Shown here one piece after another: positions 40,201-52,575 of a stretch of DNA of 64,000 nt. A model generated the notes under the pieces. It had not been told where the DNA came from. It searched no databases and saw only the letters and a list, made by a program, of their open reading frames with translations. Source of the stretch: Nymphaea colorata (taxonomy: Eukaryota). A program made the translations under genes and the position numbers. Numbering within the stretch: position 1 is the stretch's first letter; every line of letters starts with the position of its first letter. The stretch covers positions 4,278,001 to 4,342,000 of the forward strand of contig NC_045138.2 in assembly GCF_008831285.2 (NCBI RefSeq), written 5' to 3'.

Positions 40201-41959
40201 GGGAATAAATAAGGAAACAACAACAAGTCTATCTTCAAGAAAAGAAAGAACATTATTCAATCATGAAATGAAATATAATATCATCTTCTCATACTCTCAG
40301 TGCATTCAAGACTAGCTTCTTAACTCTAAAATAGAGATTTGAAGGCTATCTCATATGACCACAAGAAGATCAAGAAGAAAAAAAATAAGAAAACCAAAAC
40401 AACACTATATTCAAGAAAAGAAAGAATGATCCAATCATAAAATGGAATATTACTTAACCTTCTCATACTCTCGGTGCACTCAAGAATAGTTTTTTAAAAT
40501 GAAGATTTTAAAGCAATTTTATATGGTCATGGGGAGATGAAGAAGAGAAGAAATAATGAAACAACAACAAGTCTATCTTCAAGAAAAGAAAGAACATCAT
40601 TCAATCATGAAATAAAATATAATATCATCTTCTCATGCTCCCGGTGCACTCAAGAATAGCTTCTTAACTCTAAAATAGAGATTTGAATGTTATCTCATAT
40701 GACCACGAGAAGATCAAGAAGAGAGAAAATAAGGAAACCAAAACAACACTATATTTAAGAAAAGAAAGAATGATTCAATCGTAAAATGGAATATTACTTC
40801 ACCTTCTCATGCTCCCGGTGCACTAAAGAATAGTTTTTTAAAATGAAGATTTTAAAGCAATCTTATATAGCCATGGGAAGATGAAGAAGGGAAGAAACAA
40901 GAGAAAAAAAGGAGAGAGATGATGACTACATACCTTTAATGAGAATGACTTTTGGAAAAATGAACGCCTTAGCTTGGAATGATCATACATCTCCTTTTAG
41001 TGAAGCTCCAAGATGATGAAGATGATGCCTACAAAAGAGTGGTAGTTTGATGAAGCTTGCTCCAAGTTGGAAAAGAAAAGAGAAATGGAAAGAGGAAGAA
41101 GGAAATTGAGGAAGGGAGCTAAGGGAAAAACTCTAAGTTTTGAAGTGAGGATGCACTAGAGTTTCTCCAAGGATTAGCTCATGCCCAAGAGGGAGGATTG
41201 TGAGGGTATTTATAGAGAGTTTTGAAGCCAAAACTCAAAATTTGAATTTTTTTAATTTCACAATATTTTCATCCGAATTTCAAAGAATTTTGAATCATTT
41301 TTAATTTTGTTTTTTAAAAAAGGTTTTAGGTGTGGGTAGGGCTATTGCCCACCCAAAGAAACCAAAACCGCCCCCAAGGGGGCAGGCCCCTACTCGGGCA
41401 TTGTCGCGCACCAGGCGCAACAACGGCCGGTGCCTCGGCAAAACGCGTGTGTGCGATGCTCGATCTCATGTCGCTTGACGCGCGATCACGCCATTGTGTG
41501 TCGCGTGATGGGCGATGGATTTTTTTTTTAAATTTAAATTTAAATAATTATCTAATAAAATAAAATTAAAATGTTGTTTATATAGGAAGCATAAAATATT
41601 TTTTTATTTAAGATGTGCAAAAAGGAAAATTTTTGTTAAAAATGCACGGCCGACTCCATTTCAAGTGACTCCGGACTCGCTCCAAATCCGATTTTGGTTT
41701 AGTCGGTTGTCGACTCGTTCGAGCATGCGACTTGGGTTTAAAAAACGTTTTTGGCGTGAGAAATGAGTTCTTAAAACAAAGGGATGGTCCGTGCACACAC
41801 GATGCTCAAATCTTGTCGTTTCGAACTTGATTCGAATTTTGGATTTGAAATGTTTGATTTGGATCTGAACTTGAGTTTTAGATCTAATTTGGATCAAAAA
41901 TTGGGTTTTGTATTTTGATAAAAGAGCGTATCATTTTGGAAAAATTTGAGGTGATTACA
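37286..41959 (-). mobile_element. 4.67-kb solo LTR, probably Ty3/gypsy Tat/Ogre-like
   Basis: TG...CA ends (minus strand TGTAATCACCTCAAATTT...GGGGATGCGAACA); 5-bp TSD gcaat / gcagt; ctataaata TATA on minus at 41207-41215; no coding domains; removal rejoins LINE ORF1 in frame. Lineage is inferred from size and end motifs only. Confidence 0.8.
38614..40900. repeat. Hierarchical tandem array inside the solo LTR
   Basis: ~575-bp duplication (starts 38614 and 39189) containing ~99-bp subunits, then ~175-bp monomers alternating A/B at ~39868, 40043, 40217, 40393, 40561, 40737. Confidence 0.9.
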
Positions 41960-44900
41960 GCAGTCCATTGATAGAATTCTTCTAGGAGACAAGACTAACC
42001 AAGGGGATAGAGAAAATGAATGGATGAGGGTTGCACGGAAGAGAAGGAAAGAAATATATGACTTAATTAAGGAGATAGGTCGTGTCTTAGATGAAAAAGA
42101 AAATGAAATACAACCAGGGGGAATCGAAGTGGTTATGGAAAGGGGGGAGGGAGATAAGTCGGTGATGTGCCGATGAAACTCGCTTGTTGGAACATGAGGG
42201 GGGCTGCACAGCCGGTGGCCCAAGAAGACCTTGTAAATCTTTGTAATTCTGAAATGCCAATGATCTGCTTCTCCTTGATGCACAGGTTAAGGAGATGGTA
42301 ATCAAGAGTGTTGCCTGTCGTTTGGACATGGAAGGGGTGCAGAGAAATGAAGAGAGGGAAGAAGGGCGAGCACGTATTTTTTGCTTTTGGAACCAAGAGT
42401 AAAACCCTGACTGTTGACATGGGAGGGCCATCATGTTATCAGTGAAGCTTGGGAGGCAGCGGTGCAGGGGTGTCCTACTCTGCGGGTCCTTCAAAAGCTT
42501 GAGGTGGTTAAGAACAGTCTTATACACTGGAACAAAACTTCTTTTAGGAGAATTGAGGAAAACATAAAATCCCTACAATGTCGGCTAAGGCAGACTCAAA
42601 TGAATAGTGAGGCAGGGGATGGGTGGGCATCTAGGGAAGATGAATCCATCAAGAGAAAGCTGGACCATGCATTATACTTTGAAGAGATTATGTGGAAGGA
42701 AAAGTTTAGAGTCAGGTGGTTATTAGATGGTGACAAAAAACAAGCATTTTTTCCAAACAATAGCCAACAATAGATCAATGAGAAATCACACTGCAAATCT
42801 TGAGGCGGCAGACAAACCTTCTCTATACCTGACAGTATGTTGGAAGTAGCTAGCAGCTATTTTGAATGGTTTGTTAATGATGATAGGACGAGTAGCGATA
42901 TCCCTAATGATATTTGGGAGGGAGAATTCATCACGACAGAGGAGAACTCCCCCCTTTTGGGACCAGTCACCTATGTGGAGGTCAAGGAAGCAGTTATGTC
43001 TCTTGACAAGGAGAGCGCTTTGGGGCCTGATGGGTTTCCGAACTCCTTTTATCAAATCATGTGGGAGGAGATTGGACAAGATATCTAGAGAGTGGTGGAC
43101 AATTTTTTGAGAATGGGAAAGATGGTGCGAATTTTAAACAAAACTTACTTGATCCTCATCCCCAAGAAAAGAGGAGCTCGCCGGATTGAGGACTTTATGC
43201 CCCTTGCCTTGTGCAATGGCTTTTACAAGGTGATTGTTAGAGTTATGGCTCAGCGCATGAGGAAGATCCTGCCTGGATTGCTATGACCAATGAGCTGGTC
43301 CATCTTTTTGATAACAGGAAAGAAGTAGTAGCTTGTCTCAAACTTGACATCTCAAAAGCATATGATAGAATATCTTGGAGATTCCTGCAAAACAACCTTC
43401 TTTATGTTAGATTTCACCCATCATGGGTGAAAAAGGTTATGGCTTGTGTCTCCACGGTCTCCTATGAAGTGATGATTACGAGTAGTGTTAGGCAAGGCAA
43501 TTCGATGTCCTCCTACCTATTCATTCTAGTAATGGAAATAGTAGCTAGGTATCTTAAGGGAAAAATAATGAGGAGGGCCATTCGCCTCCCCTCCTTAGTT
43601 AGAGCCATACAAGATGTCCACTCCTTAGTTAGAAGAGAGAGTGAGCTTCATAATCAATAACTCCAAATCATCTCTGTTTACCTTTAATGTAGACGCTCCT
43701 CTAGAGCAAAGGTTGGCCAACATTGGTGGCTGGCAGGTGGTTAAGCTACCCTTGAAATATCTAGGTGTTCCTCTTTTTACGGAGAACTTAAATGTGGAGC
43801 ATTATTACGTAGGGTTGATTGTTAAATTTGAGAAGAAGATGGCACCTTGGAAATCCCAATTCCTATCTTATGGAGGTCGTGCTTGCCTTATCACTCATAA
43901 CCTGAGCTCCACGGGTAATTTTTGGATGCAATCTTTCTCTCTCCCATTTGCTGTAGTAAAGAAGCTTGAGAGATGCATGGCTGATTGCCTTTGGGTTGAT
44001 ATTGAGGACAACTTGCATATTCACCAAATAGCCTGACGTTCATTGTGCAAGCCTAAAGTGGAAGGAGGGATTGGAATATGCCTTTTTGAGGATGTTAATG
44101 ATTCCCTTCTGGCAAGCAGACTTTGCTCTTCCTTTAATAACAACTTCCTCTTTGCTCAATGGTGCATGGCAAGATATCTTAAATCTAAGAGTTTGTGGAC
44201 AATGCAAAAACTATGGAGGGGCTCTGGGCTTGGAAAAGCTTAGGAAAAGACTGGGAAAAGATAGAAAACTGGGTGAGGTGGAATGTTGGTAATGGGAAAT
44301 CAGTCTCTTTTTGGTAAGATTGATGGTATGATGAAATTCTGGTGAAATCAAAGAGTGGGGAGGACTATGGTGTCATAATTGATCACCTGAAGCTTTCAGT
44401 GGCTGAGGTAAATGAGATAGGTGAGGCTAGACTAGCTCTGCCAAACAAGGCATTAGCTGCGACTAGGTATATTCAACTAGCTAGTGTGGCTGACCAACTA
44501 GTTAGTAATGCCCAAGAACTCAAGGATCTAAGCTCTAGGTGGATCTAGGAAGCTACATGGCAGAAGGGTAGTCATGAAGGCTGGCGGAAGGGTATATGGA
44601 ACAGACACATCCCAGATAGAGCAAGTTGGGCTACTTACATTGCCAGCCTCTCAAGCTTAAACTTGGAAGCCAATGTGCTTCAAATTGTCGCCTGCAAGAA
44701 GGGCGTAAAACTATGGTGATGGGCATGTGGAGATTGGGAGGCATGGAATCTAATGAGGTTCTTCTTATTGAAGCTCGCTCTAGGGATGATGAGGCTGAAT
44801 TGCACATGTTGATTGGCTGGCTGCAATCTATGGAAAGAGTTCACGGTAATGTTGAGACCATAGCGAACAATGAATACTGAAAGCGTAAACTCAGAGCTAT

Positions 44901-45728
44901 ACTGGAAGGCTGAAGGTCGATTAAACATAAATGTCAACATATTAGGGCACTCAGCCAACGTTCAAGGGTACTTTGCCAACTGCCTACAATAGAGGCTGGC
45001 AAGCAGATGCTATGGGGAGAGAGATGGGAGGGATGATGGTGGCTAATGCTATTTAAGCTCTACACCTACTGTTGCGCTTAATGTCTTTTGCTTTTCAATA
45101 GGAGCAGCTACTCAGGTGGTAGCTTGGCCTTTTGGTTTTGGTTTTGGGGCAGATGGGTTATACGTGCCTGAGTTTTTTTATCTCCTTTTGTGGCTGATGC
45201 TCGGCATTTTGTAATTTTTTTTTTTCTTCCTGTACACATTTTAATTTTTCTACAATAAAAGAAAGGGAGCCTATCTACCAGCAGCCATTTTATTGGCAAC
45301 ATTTCATAATTTACAATTAACCCCACATTTCGGAATTTATAATTAATTTGACTGCTTGGAGTAATTTATGTTCAAACGCTCCCTTAAAAAAAACTGAATG
45401 TGAATTTAACTAGCATACAAACTCACATTTATATGTTATCAAGTTGGATCCTTATCATATCTCAGTCTGATATAGATCTTGGATTCAGATTTAGTTACGA
45501 AACTTCATTACCAACCCTAAATTCGATTAGTAGTTGGATCCACAATTTCTTACCAGATTTGACGAAACTCATTCCGAATCGGATACGTCCCCACTCCCTA
45601 ACCACCACCTTTTAAGCTAACCATGGTTGTACTGGGGTTAATGATGAACCTCAAGTCTCTTTTTCTCACTCTCCAATCTTTTCTGTTCTACCATTCTTCT
45701 CTGAGCACACAGAGCCAAACATAATCAA

Positions 45729-45884
45729 CACTACAAAACGATGGAGAGATAGACATCGGTGACTACTTTTATTGACAGTTTCTTCACCAATGATCGACAC
45801 ATACGCCCGGAAAACCTTTACACATGCGTGGTGATGTTTCACCGACATTTTATGACAGTCGATGATTCTTCTGTTTTTGTAGTG
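45729..45884. mobile_element. 156-bp miniature CACTA element
   Basis: TIR CACTACAAAA / TTTTGTAGTG with a perfect 3-bp TSD CAA. Confidence 0.88.
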
Positions 45885-46767
45885 CAAACAGAAGTAATCA
45901 AACAAGGTCTTCAAACTAATGCTTGTGAATGGCAAAGACCAGCACAAAGAATCTCACACCTGTTTGATGCATGACTAACACATATATATCCACATCGACT
46001 TCTTGTCACAGAGAGAGAGCATGCTCCAAGGGAGACATGGGTGGATGGCACTCTGCAGGAGATCGATCTTTCCATGATGCTTACTTTCCTATCTTAAGTT
46101 CTGTAGCTTCTTCCTAACTCTCCTCTTCGTTTCTTCATATCATGTCAATGGGAACTTCTGTAAATTTATGTTAAGTGCCATATTTCCATTTCATACTAAC
46201 CTATATTCCTAAGATCTTGGCGTGGTTATATATTATAAAATCCTTCTAAAAGTAAATATAGAACCAACCAAATGCCCTAATAATACACAAAGTAAGGAAT
46301 GATTGTTCTCCAAATAAAATAGTTTTCTTTGTAGAACTTTAACTTTCCCAACCACAACCAATTGGTTTTGGAAATTTAACCAGCACATATAATGCTTGGA
46401 TGAATTCTGAATCCTAAAACAATTTCTTTTGGAACCATCATGTTCTGATCGTAAATTAATACTATTGAATAATTTTTTTAGGCATGGGTTTTCACGTTGT
46501 TTCAAGTTTTTGAAATTTATTCATACAAATATTTTTTTTTTCAAAATAATTATTAAAGAAAATTAAGTAAGGCCAAGGAAAAAAGGCTCAAAAGTTCATT
46601 TTTCGAACATTTTATATTATTTGATGGAATATGGTCCTAATACGTCTAAAATAGTGTTGTATAAAAATCAGCTCTTGAATCGAATCGACAGGGAAGCAAA
46701 TTTGGTGAATTGGCCCAGTTCACTTGCTCAGCTGTAAATTAACCAAAAAATTATCGTTTTTAAAAAA

Positions 46768-47250
46768 CATAAATAAGTACATAAAATTAATTGAAAAATA
46801 CAGAAATTTTTATTATTTGTAAAATAATAAAGGTAGACACGTGGCACTATGAATCAACTACTGAATCGAATCAGTTTGACAATGATTCGATTCCTAACAG
46901 GCCAATTTTATGGTGAGTTCCACAAGAAAGCACCAGACAGGGCGAGAGAAGAAGGGAAGGCGGGCTGGAATAAAAACTAAGACCGAAGGGCTCTGAACCA
47001 ACCAACCCCTCGAAGAACTAAAGATGGTAGGATTAAGCATTTCAGGATGATTTTTACGTACTTAGGGGACTCCAAACGAAATTACAAATTAGAAAAAGAA
47101 CCATAAATAAGTACATAAAATTAATTGCAAAATATAAAAAATTTTATTACTTATAAAAATAATAAAGGAAGACACTTGGCACTCTCAAACAACTACTGGA
47201 TCGAATCAGTTTAACAATGATTTGATTCCTAACAGGCCAGTTTATGCTGA
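46768..47250 (+). repeat. ~145-bp direct repeat (starts 46768 and 47102) around a ~190-bp spacer
   Basis: cataaataagtacataaaattaattg...tcgaatcagttt.acaatgatt.gattcctaacaggcca occurs twice; probably inside a gaatc/gattc-rich MITE. Confidence 0.75.
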
Positions 47251-49598
47251 TTCTAATTACAACAATGGTCCAAATCAAGGGAGAACAAGATTGACCACAG
47301 CAACACATTCGACTGAAATAATACGATAACAAATCAGGTTACCTTTGAAAATGAAAACAAGATCCTTAAGTCACTAATAAAATATCTAGAATTCAAATAT
47401 TTTGATATTTATCACACATTATCAAACAAAATCATGACAAGTCACATAAATTATGAAAAATAGTTTTTTTTTTTTTTAAAGCGGGGGGTTGGTGGATTTC
47501 CAAGAAAGACACCTAGAGAATTGGAAAAAAAAAAAAACTAGAATGTTTATGTTGTGAAAAAACCCACATATGTTTCTCGATAAATCGAAAAATTCATATA
47601 TGTAAGATAGTTTGCAAAGTTTAATTGTTAAATTCGTAATAACATACCATTTTACTTTAGAAAAATGATACTGAAATTAAAGTATGCCTAACTCTCACTA
47701 CAACAAAAAGGTAGCACACCTACGGGAGGTCATCTTTGAATTGGTTATTTTATAAATTAATTGGAAAACGGATTTAATTGGGTAGAATTAGTCACGTACT
47801 AATATTATTGGATATAGTTAATGAAGCTAATGCAAACTAATGAGCTTATAGCTTTTGACTTGGTAACGATTTTGGTCTTTTTATCACGCTAACACAAGCA
47901 AAAGTTAGTAATAGCCTTTGTAGCAATTTATAAAAGTTACGTCCCTTTCATTAATTATTTTCATTTCTTTAGGTGTGTTTTTATCAATATTTTCCTTTTT
48001 CTTCTATCATCCCAAAGCTATATATGGGCTATTGACAAAAAACTGAATATCCTACTTTTATTTGCACAAATTAGTTTTTGAGGTTACCTTTTTTGTTAAT
48101 AAAAATTTTATTTCTTCTAATGAAATGGCATAAGCATCCCAAAAAGAAATAAAAATGAAAAGCAAACAGCTGGTTAACTGAAAGGCGACATATATATGAA
48201 TTTGTAAAATGACCATGAACCTGCTGACCATGGTTATTTTTTAAAATGATTGTTTTTAATCTAAATATCGGGACGGTCTTGCCAATCTCAACAAACGGAT
48301 GATGATTTTGCGGAAACTAAAAAAAAAAGTAAGTTCAGTTGAAAACCTTGGGAAGTTTATTTTTATACAATTAAATCATAGGTATAGACACCACAGATGG
48401 TGTTTGATAATAGGAATTCTATGTTCTTTGGAACACAATGTTCTGGTGAACGTATTCATCGAATACTAACTTCTAAAGAACCCAGCGTTCCAGTTACCAA
48501 ACACCCTCATGGCGGTGACATTGCCAGAAATTTCTAGCTGTGGGGCACTTTAAGTTTAAATTTCAAACTTGAAGGGGCACTCATATATAAAAAACTAAAA
48601 CTCAATGATGTTTGAATATGTAAATAAAGTAAAATCTGTGGGCTAGTGCGGCAATTGCCCACACCAATTATAATGTAGCTCCACCACTGCCTCAGGATAG
48701 TTGTACAGTAGCACAAGGAATGGGCCTTATGTATGTTTTTTCTTCTGTCCTTACAATATCGTTATAGATTTATTGGAAAGGTTTTTATTTCCTATGTATT
48801 TCATGAGAAAATATAGCTTTCATCTTTCTGGTGGAAGCAAAAGGCTAATATATTCCTCGCCATGCAGCAACCCATCTTGTAGTATCCACAAACTTTTTAT
48901 ATGGAAATGTTAAAATAAAGGCCCTAGCTAGCAAGAAATAAGACTTTAACATAGAGGGCATATATAGAAGCTTTGTTCCACATATATCTCCATCTTTCGA
49001 TGTCTCTGTCCCTGGCATTGATATTTGGCCAGAAGCTTCCAACTTACCTTTCTACAGCTCTCTTCTCTCTTCCCTTATCGATGGTGCAAAGTAGATCTCA
49101 CAAGGATCCACAAAATAAAGGCTGGGCCTTTTAGAACCTTGTTTGAACCACGCAATTGATGAATAGATTGGAACACTGTACCCGCTCTTTAGTGATGTTA
49201 AGTTGGGTCGTGAAGCGCTTTTAGTTCATGAAAACGTATAAAAACAATGGTATGAATGAATTTTTTCCTTTTTCATATCCTCATAAAATTTTTGAACGCG
49301 GTTACCATGTCCCCACAAACTTCAACATAAGATCATCAATCTCTCCCCACTTAGATCTTCGATCTGACATTTTCTCCACGCACAAAAGTAAAATAAGGAT
49401 CTTCAGTATGGATTTTAGTTATCCTTAGTTTGACAAACTATAGACTTTATCATGAAACTTGGCCGCCACATCAGTGAAAGCATATCGTGTCAGGTCCACA
49501 TCAGATCCATGGATTTCAAATCCAGAGTAATCAAGTGCCCCCTAAAGGTATATACTGTATAAACTTGACCTCATAATTATATTAAACTTAAGATTGGA

Positions 49599-49629
<31 letters not shown>

Positions 49630-50764
49630 TTGACTAAGTGCAGACAGTGGAGCTCACCAAGCACTTCTCAGTGTGATCATTTTATTTTCTCTCAAAAGTC
49701 TTATTGTATATATGTCATCCACATCATTGCGTAGGTCTTTTCAACTCCCAAATATATATTTGGATAACCCAATTAATATACTTTCAGACCCTGCAAATCC
49801 AATGACTCATAATTTTTTTAAAACATTAGCATACAAAAGAGTGTCATTTTCTGAAAAAGGTTGTAAAATATTTCTTCATGCCCCTTAATGGACCTGTAGT
49901 ATAACCATCAATTATACAGTCACATGCACTGTTATTATTTGTAGTCTAAATGAGTAGCACCCACGGTAAGGAAACCGACGACCATGAACTCACCAGCCTG
50001 CCAACTCAACTAGTTATGCTACACCCTTGAATACAGCTACACCCACGTATAAGAAACTGTTCGAGATGAAGTCATTATCAACTTTCATGTAAAATAACTG
50101 TTAATTATTTTTAGTACATCTTGCATATATGAGTATTTTATTGGGCGTTTTATTAATTATGGGTACAAATTATCTATGCAACTGGTGAAGCAACAGTATG
50201 TTGCACCAATTAATAGCGACCATAGATCACTTCAAGCCCTCTTAATTAAGTATAAATTGACATTTCCGCATGAATGAGTTGGAACTCAAATGTTGCCAAG
50301 ATTTCTAACATTTGTTTAGAAAAGCCACTGCACATTCATGAGTTGGAAGTTCAATTATCAATAACTTTGGTGCTTTTGACATAATTCAAGGCAATTTCCT
50401 GAATCAGCGATCGATTTATATAGCTTGTTAATCATTAAGTGGAGACCTTATCCCCCAATCGACAACTTAAGGTCAGCTGCGAATTACAAAATATTTTAGT
50501 GGCAGTAACTTTTTTGTAATAGGAGAAACCTGTTCATATTCAATAACTAATTCATTTTCCCATATTTTGCTTACACGAAGATTTTCTCTTGCTCGCAAGC
50601 AATATCACTAGTCGTTTATCTTTAATGAGATGCTCAATCAGTAAAACGTGTTGCGTCATAGAAGTCAATTTAGCGCTACTGTTCTCTTATGAACAGGCTT
50701 CTCTTTCATTCTTAGTCTAGCAGACAAACATACCAATGCTAATGAAACAGAAGCATATATCGGT

Positions 50765-51140
50765 GTCTAATTATGAAACAAGTTTCCTTTCACAAAATAT
50801 ATTATACAATGTCTAAGGATATCACAACATCAATATCAAGTGAAACAAGTTTTTCTTTCATAAAAAATGAATTAAGGATATCCCAACATCGTACAAATAA
50901 TACACAATGTCTAATCATATCCCAACATCATAAATCAATAATGAAACAAGTTTTTTTCCACAAATATATAATATACAATCTCTATGGATATCTCGACATC
51001 GTATATCAATACCTTCACAAAAATATAATATACAGTGCATAGGCATATCCCAGAATCATATACTAATATCTAATGAAACTCGGGCAATCTCTAAGTATAT
51101 CCCAACATCCTATATCAATATCTAATCAAGCAAGTTTCTT
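50765..51140. repeat. Degenerate ~55-bp minisatellite downstream of BIC
   Basis: Recurring tgaaacaagttt, cacaaaatat, tacaatgtctaa and atatcccaacatc modules, about 6-7 partial units. Confidence 0.7.
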
Positions 51141-51612
51141 TTGTAAGATCAGGCACAGTAACATATGAGGTGGTTAGCAGTTCAAACTTAGTAATACATT
51201 CGTTTTCTAATGAATATAAGTTTGTAGTAAGACTTTTAATTAAAGTCACAATGGAAAAGGTACCAAGATAAACTACTTGATTAAAAGAAGATGTACTGTA
51301 AATATTCTCCTCCCTCTCCTCTCTCTCTTCAACAGCATATATTCATCATCGATGATCTCAACTCATGATGATCTCGAGAAAGCTAAATTTCACAAACACA
51401 AGAATATCAAGACAACGAAGTTGAGTAAATTAATTATATAACAATTTTAATGGTCAAATATGGAAGACAAGTAATTAGGCAAACCAGTGAAAGGAACGGA
51501 ACAATGGAGGAGGAAGAATCGAAAAAAAGAGGAGCAGAGGAAAGAAACAAATAAGGAAACACGAATCGATTCCTCAAATCTTCCCTTCGAGAACAGCGGT
51601 GGATTCACAAGC

Positions 51613-52131
51613 TCAGTTGGCGCCGAGATTGATTCGGACGCCCTTGGCACCGGCGGCGCTCCGCCGGCACTCCTCGATGAGCGCAGACTTGGCGGAGACA
51701 AGGCCGGAGGGAACGAGCGACCGATCGAAGGCGACGCAGTCGGTCCAGTCCTTGAGGAACTCCTCCTTCCCCCACACGTCCGGTATCCAGACGTTCCCCG
51801 CCACCTGACTCCGGTGTCTCTGCAGCCTCTCCCTCCCGCAGTTCCCGCTATCGGTCAGCTTCTCGGGAGGCGGCGGCGGCTGAGGAGATGAAGCCTCTTG
51901 AGAAGTGCTCATGGCCCTCTTGACCGCCTTCGCGTCCTCTTCCTCCTCCTCCTCACATCTGTCCTCATGGCTAGGCCGTTTTTCGCCGGGAAAGGCCGAT
52001 GGTGGCGGCGACGCTGGCGGTGGTGGTAGTGGCGATAGTGGTGGCGATGAGAGAGCAGATACCATATCCGGATTGTGGGAGGCGATGCTGCCGATCGTCG
52101 TCGTCCTTCTGGCGAGTTTCCGTCGAGCCAT
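51613..52131 (-). CDS. BIC1: BIC-family protein (blue-light inhibitor of cryptochromes), 172 aa, intronless
   Basis: C-terminal [56 protein letters not shown] is the CRY-interacting domain of BIC1/BIC2; low-complexity Pro/Ser/Glu N-terminus. First ATG is at 52131 (track start 52161 is TTG). BIC1 vs BIC2 orthology not resolved. Confidence 0.88.
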   Translation of the reverse strand: MARRKLARRTTTIGSIASHNPDMVSALSSPPLSPLPPPPASPPPSAFPGEKRPSHEDRCEEEEEEDAKAVKRAMSTSQEASSPQPPPPPEKLTDSGNCGRERLQRHRSQVAGNVWIPDVWGKEEFLKDWTDCVAFDRSLVPSGLVSAKSALIEECRRSAAGAKGVRINLGAN

Positions 52132-52299
52132 GGAGAAGGGAGGAGGAGGATAGTTTAACAAGCGAGGTGGTGAAGATTGGGGATACCGAGGGAGAGGCGG
52201 CAGAGAGGAGGGAGGTTTGGGGAGTGTGTGGTAGAAATAGGAGAGTTGCAGCGGTGCAATGTCATGCCCATAGGAGTGTATGTGTGGGGCTGATGAGAT

Positions 52300-52307
52300 C
52301 CACGTTA
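52300..52307 (-). promoter_or_regulatory. ACGT element (TAACGTGG) in the proximal BIC promoter
   Basis: ccacgtta on +, ~170 bp upstream of the ATG; Arabidopsis BIC genes are HY5-regulated. Confidence 0.35.
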
Positions 52308-52541
52308 GTTATGTTGTGTTTGCCTCTCTATCTCTCTCTTATGTTTCTCTCTCTACAACTCTTCCTTTCTCTCTCTACAAAAGCAAGGAGAAGAGGGCAC
52401 CAGTGGAATTGACTTTGTTTTATTGTCCCATCTGCTTTTGAGTGATTCTTAGGAATTCACGGTTTTAGAGAGAGAAAGATGGAGACCCCTGTAGTCCGGT
52501 GGTATTACTTTCATGGGTCTTAGATCTTTTGCTTTTCTTAC

Positions 52542-52575
<34 letters not shown>

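Larger units (their letters stand above)
36390..45290 (+). mobile_element. Decayed L1-clade LINE (ORF1 + ORF2) interrupted by a solo LTR
   Basis: ORF1 motifs EEDLAEVVKRRAWRVGG, WIHLPQLPIHLW, FTRVKIEV, CDLCGALTH; ORF2 starts MKLACWNMRG at 42173 (APE); RT motifs SALGPDGF, LILIPKK, LKLDISKAYDRISW, VRQG, LKYLGVPL, CKPKVEGGIG; aataaa at ~45255. Ends approximate. Confidence 0.92.

Noticed and set aside
45990..46030. miR156/miR535-like sequence (tcacagagagagagcatgc)
   Set aside because: Partial similarity driven by a GA repeat; no complementary star arm found nearby.
47696..47715. CACTA terminus (cactacaacaaaaagg)
   Set aside because: No partner TIR or subterminal repeats seen.
51447..52412. Overlapping alternative ORFs around BIC
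   Set aside because: GC-rich shadow frames; only the minus-strand frame has a known domain.
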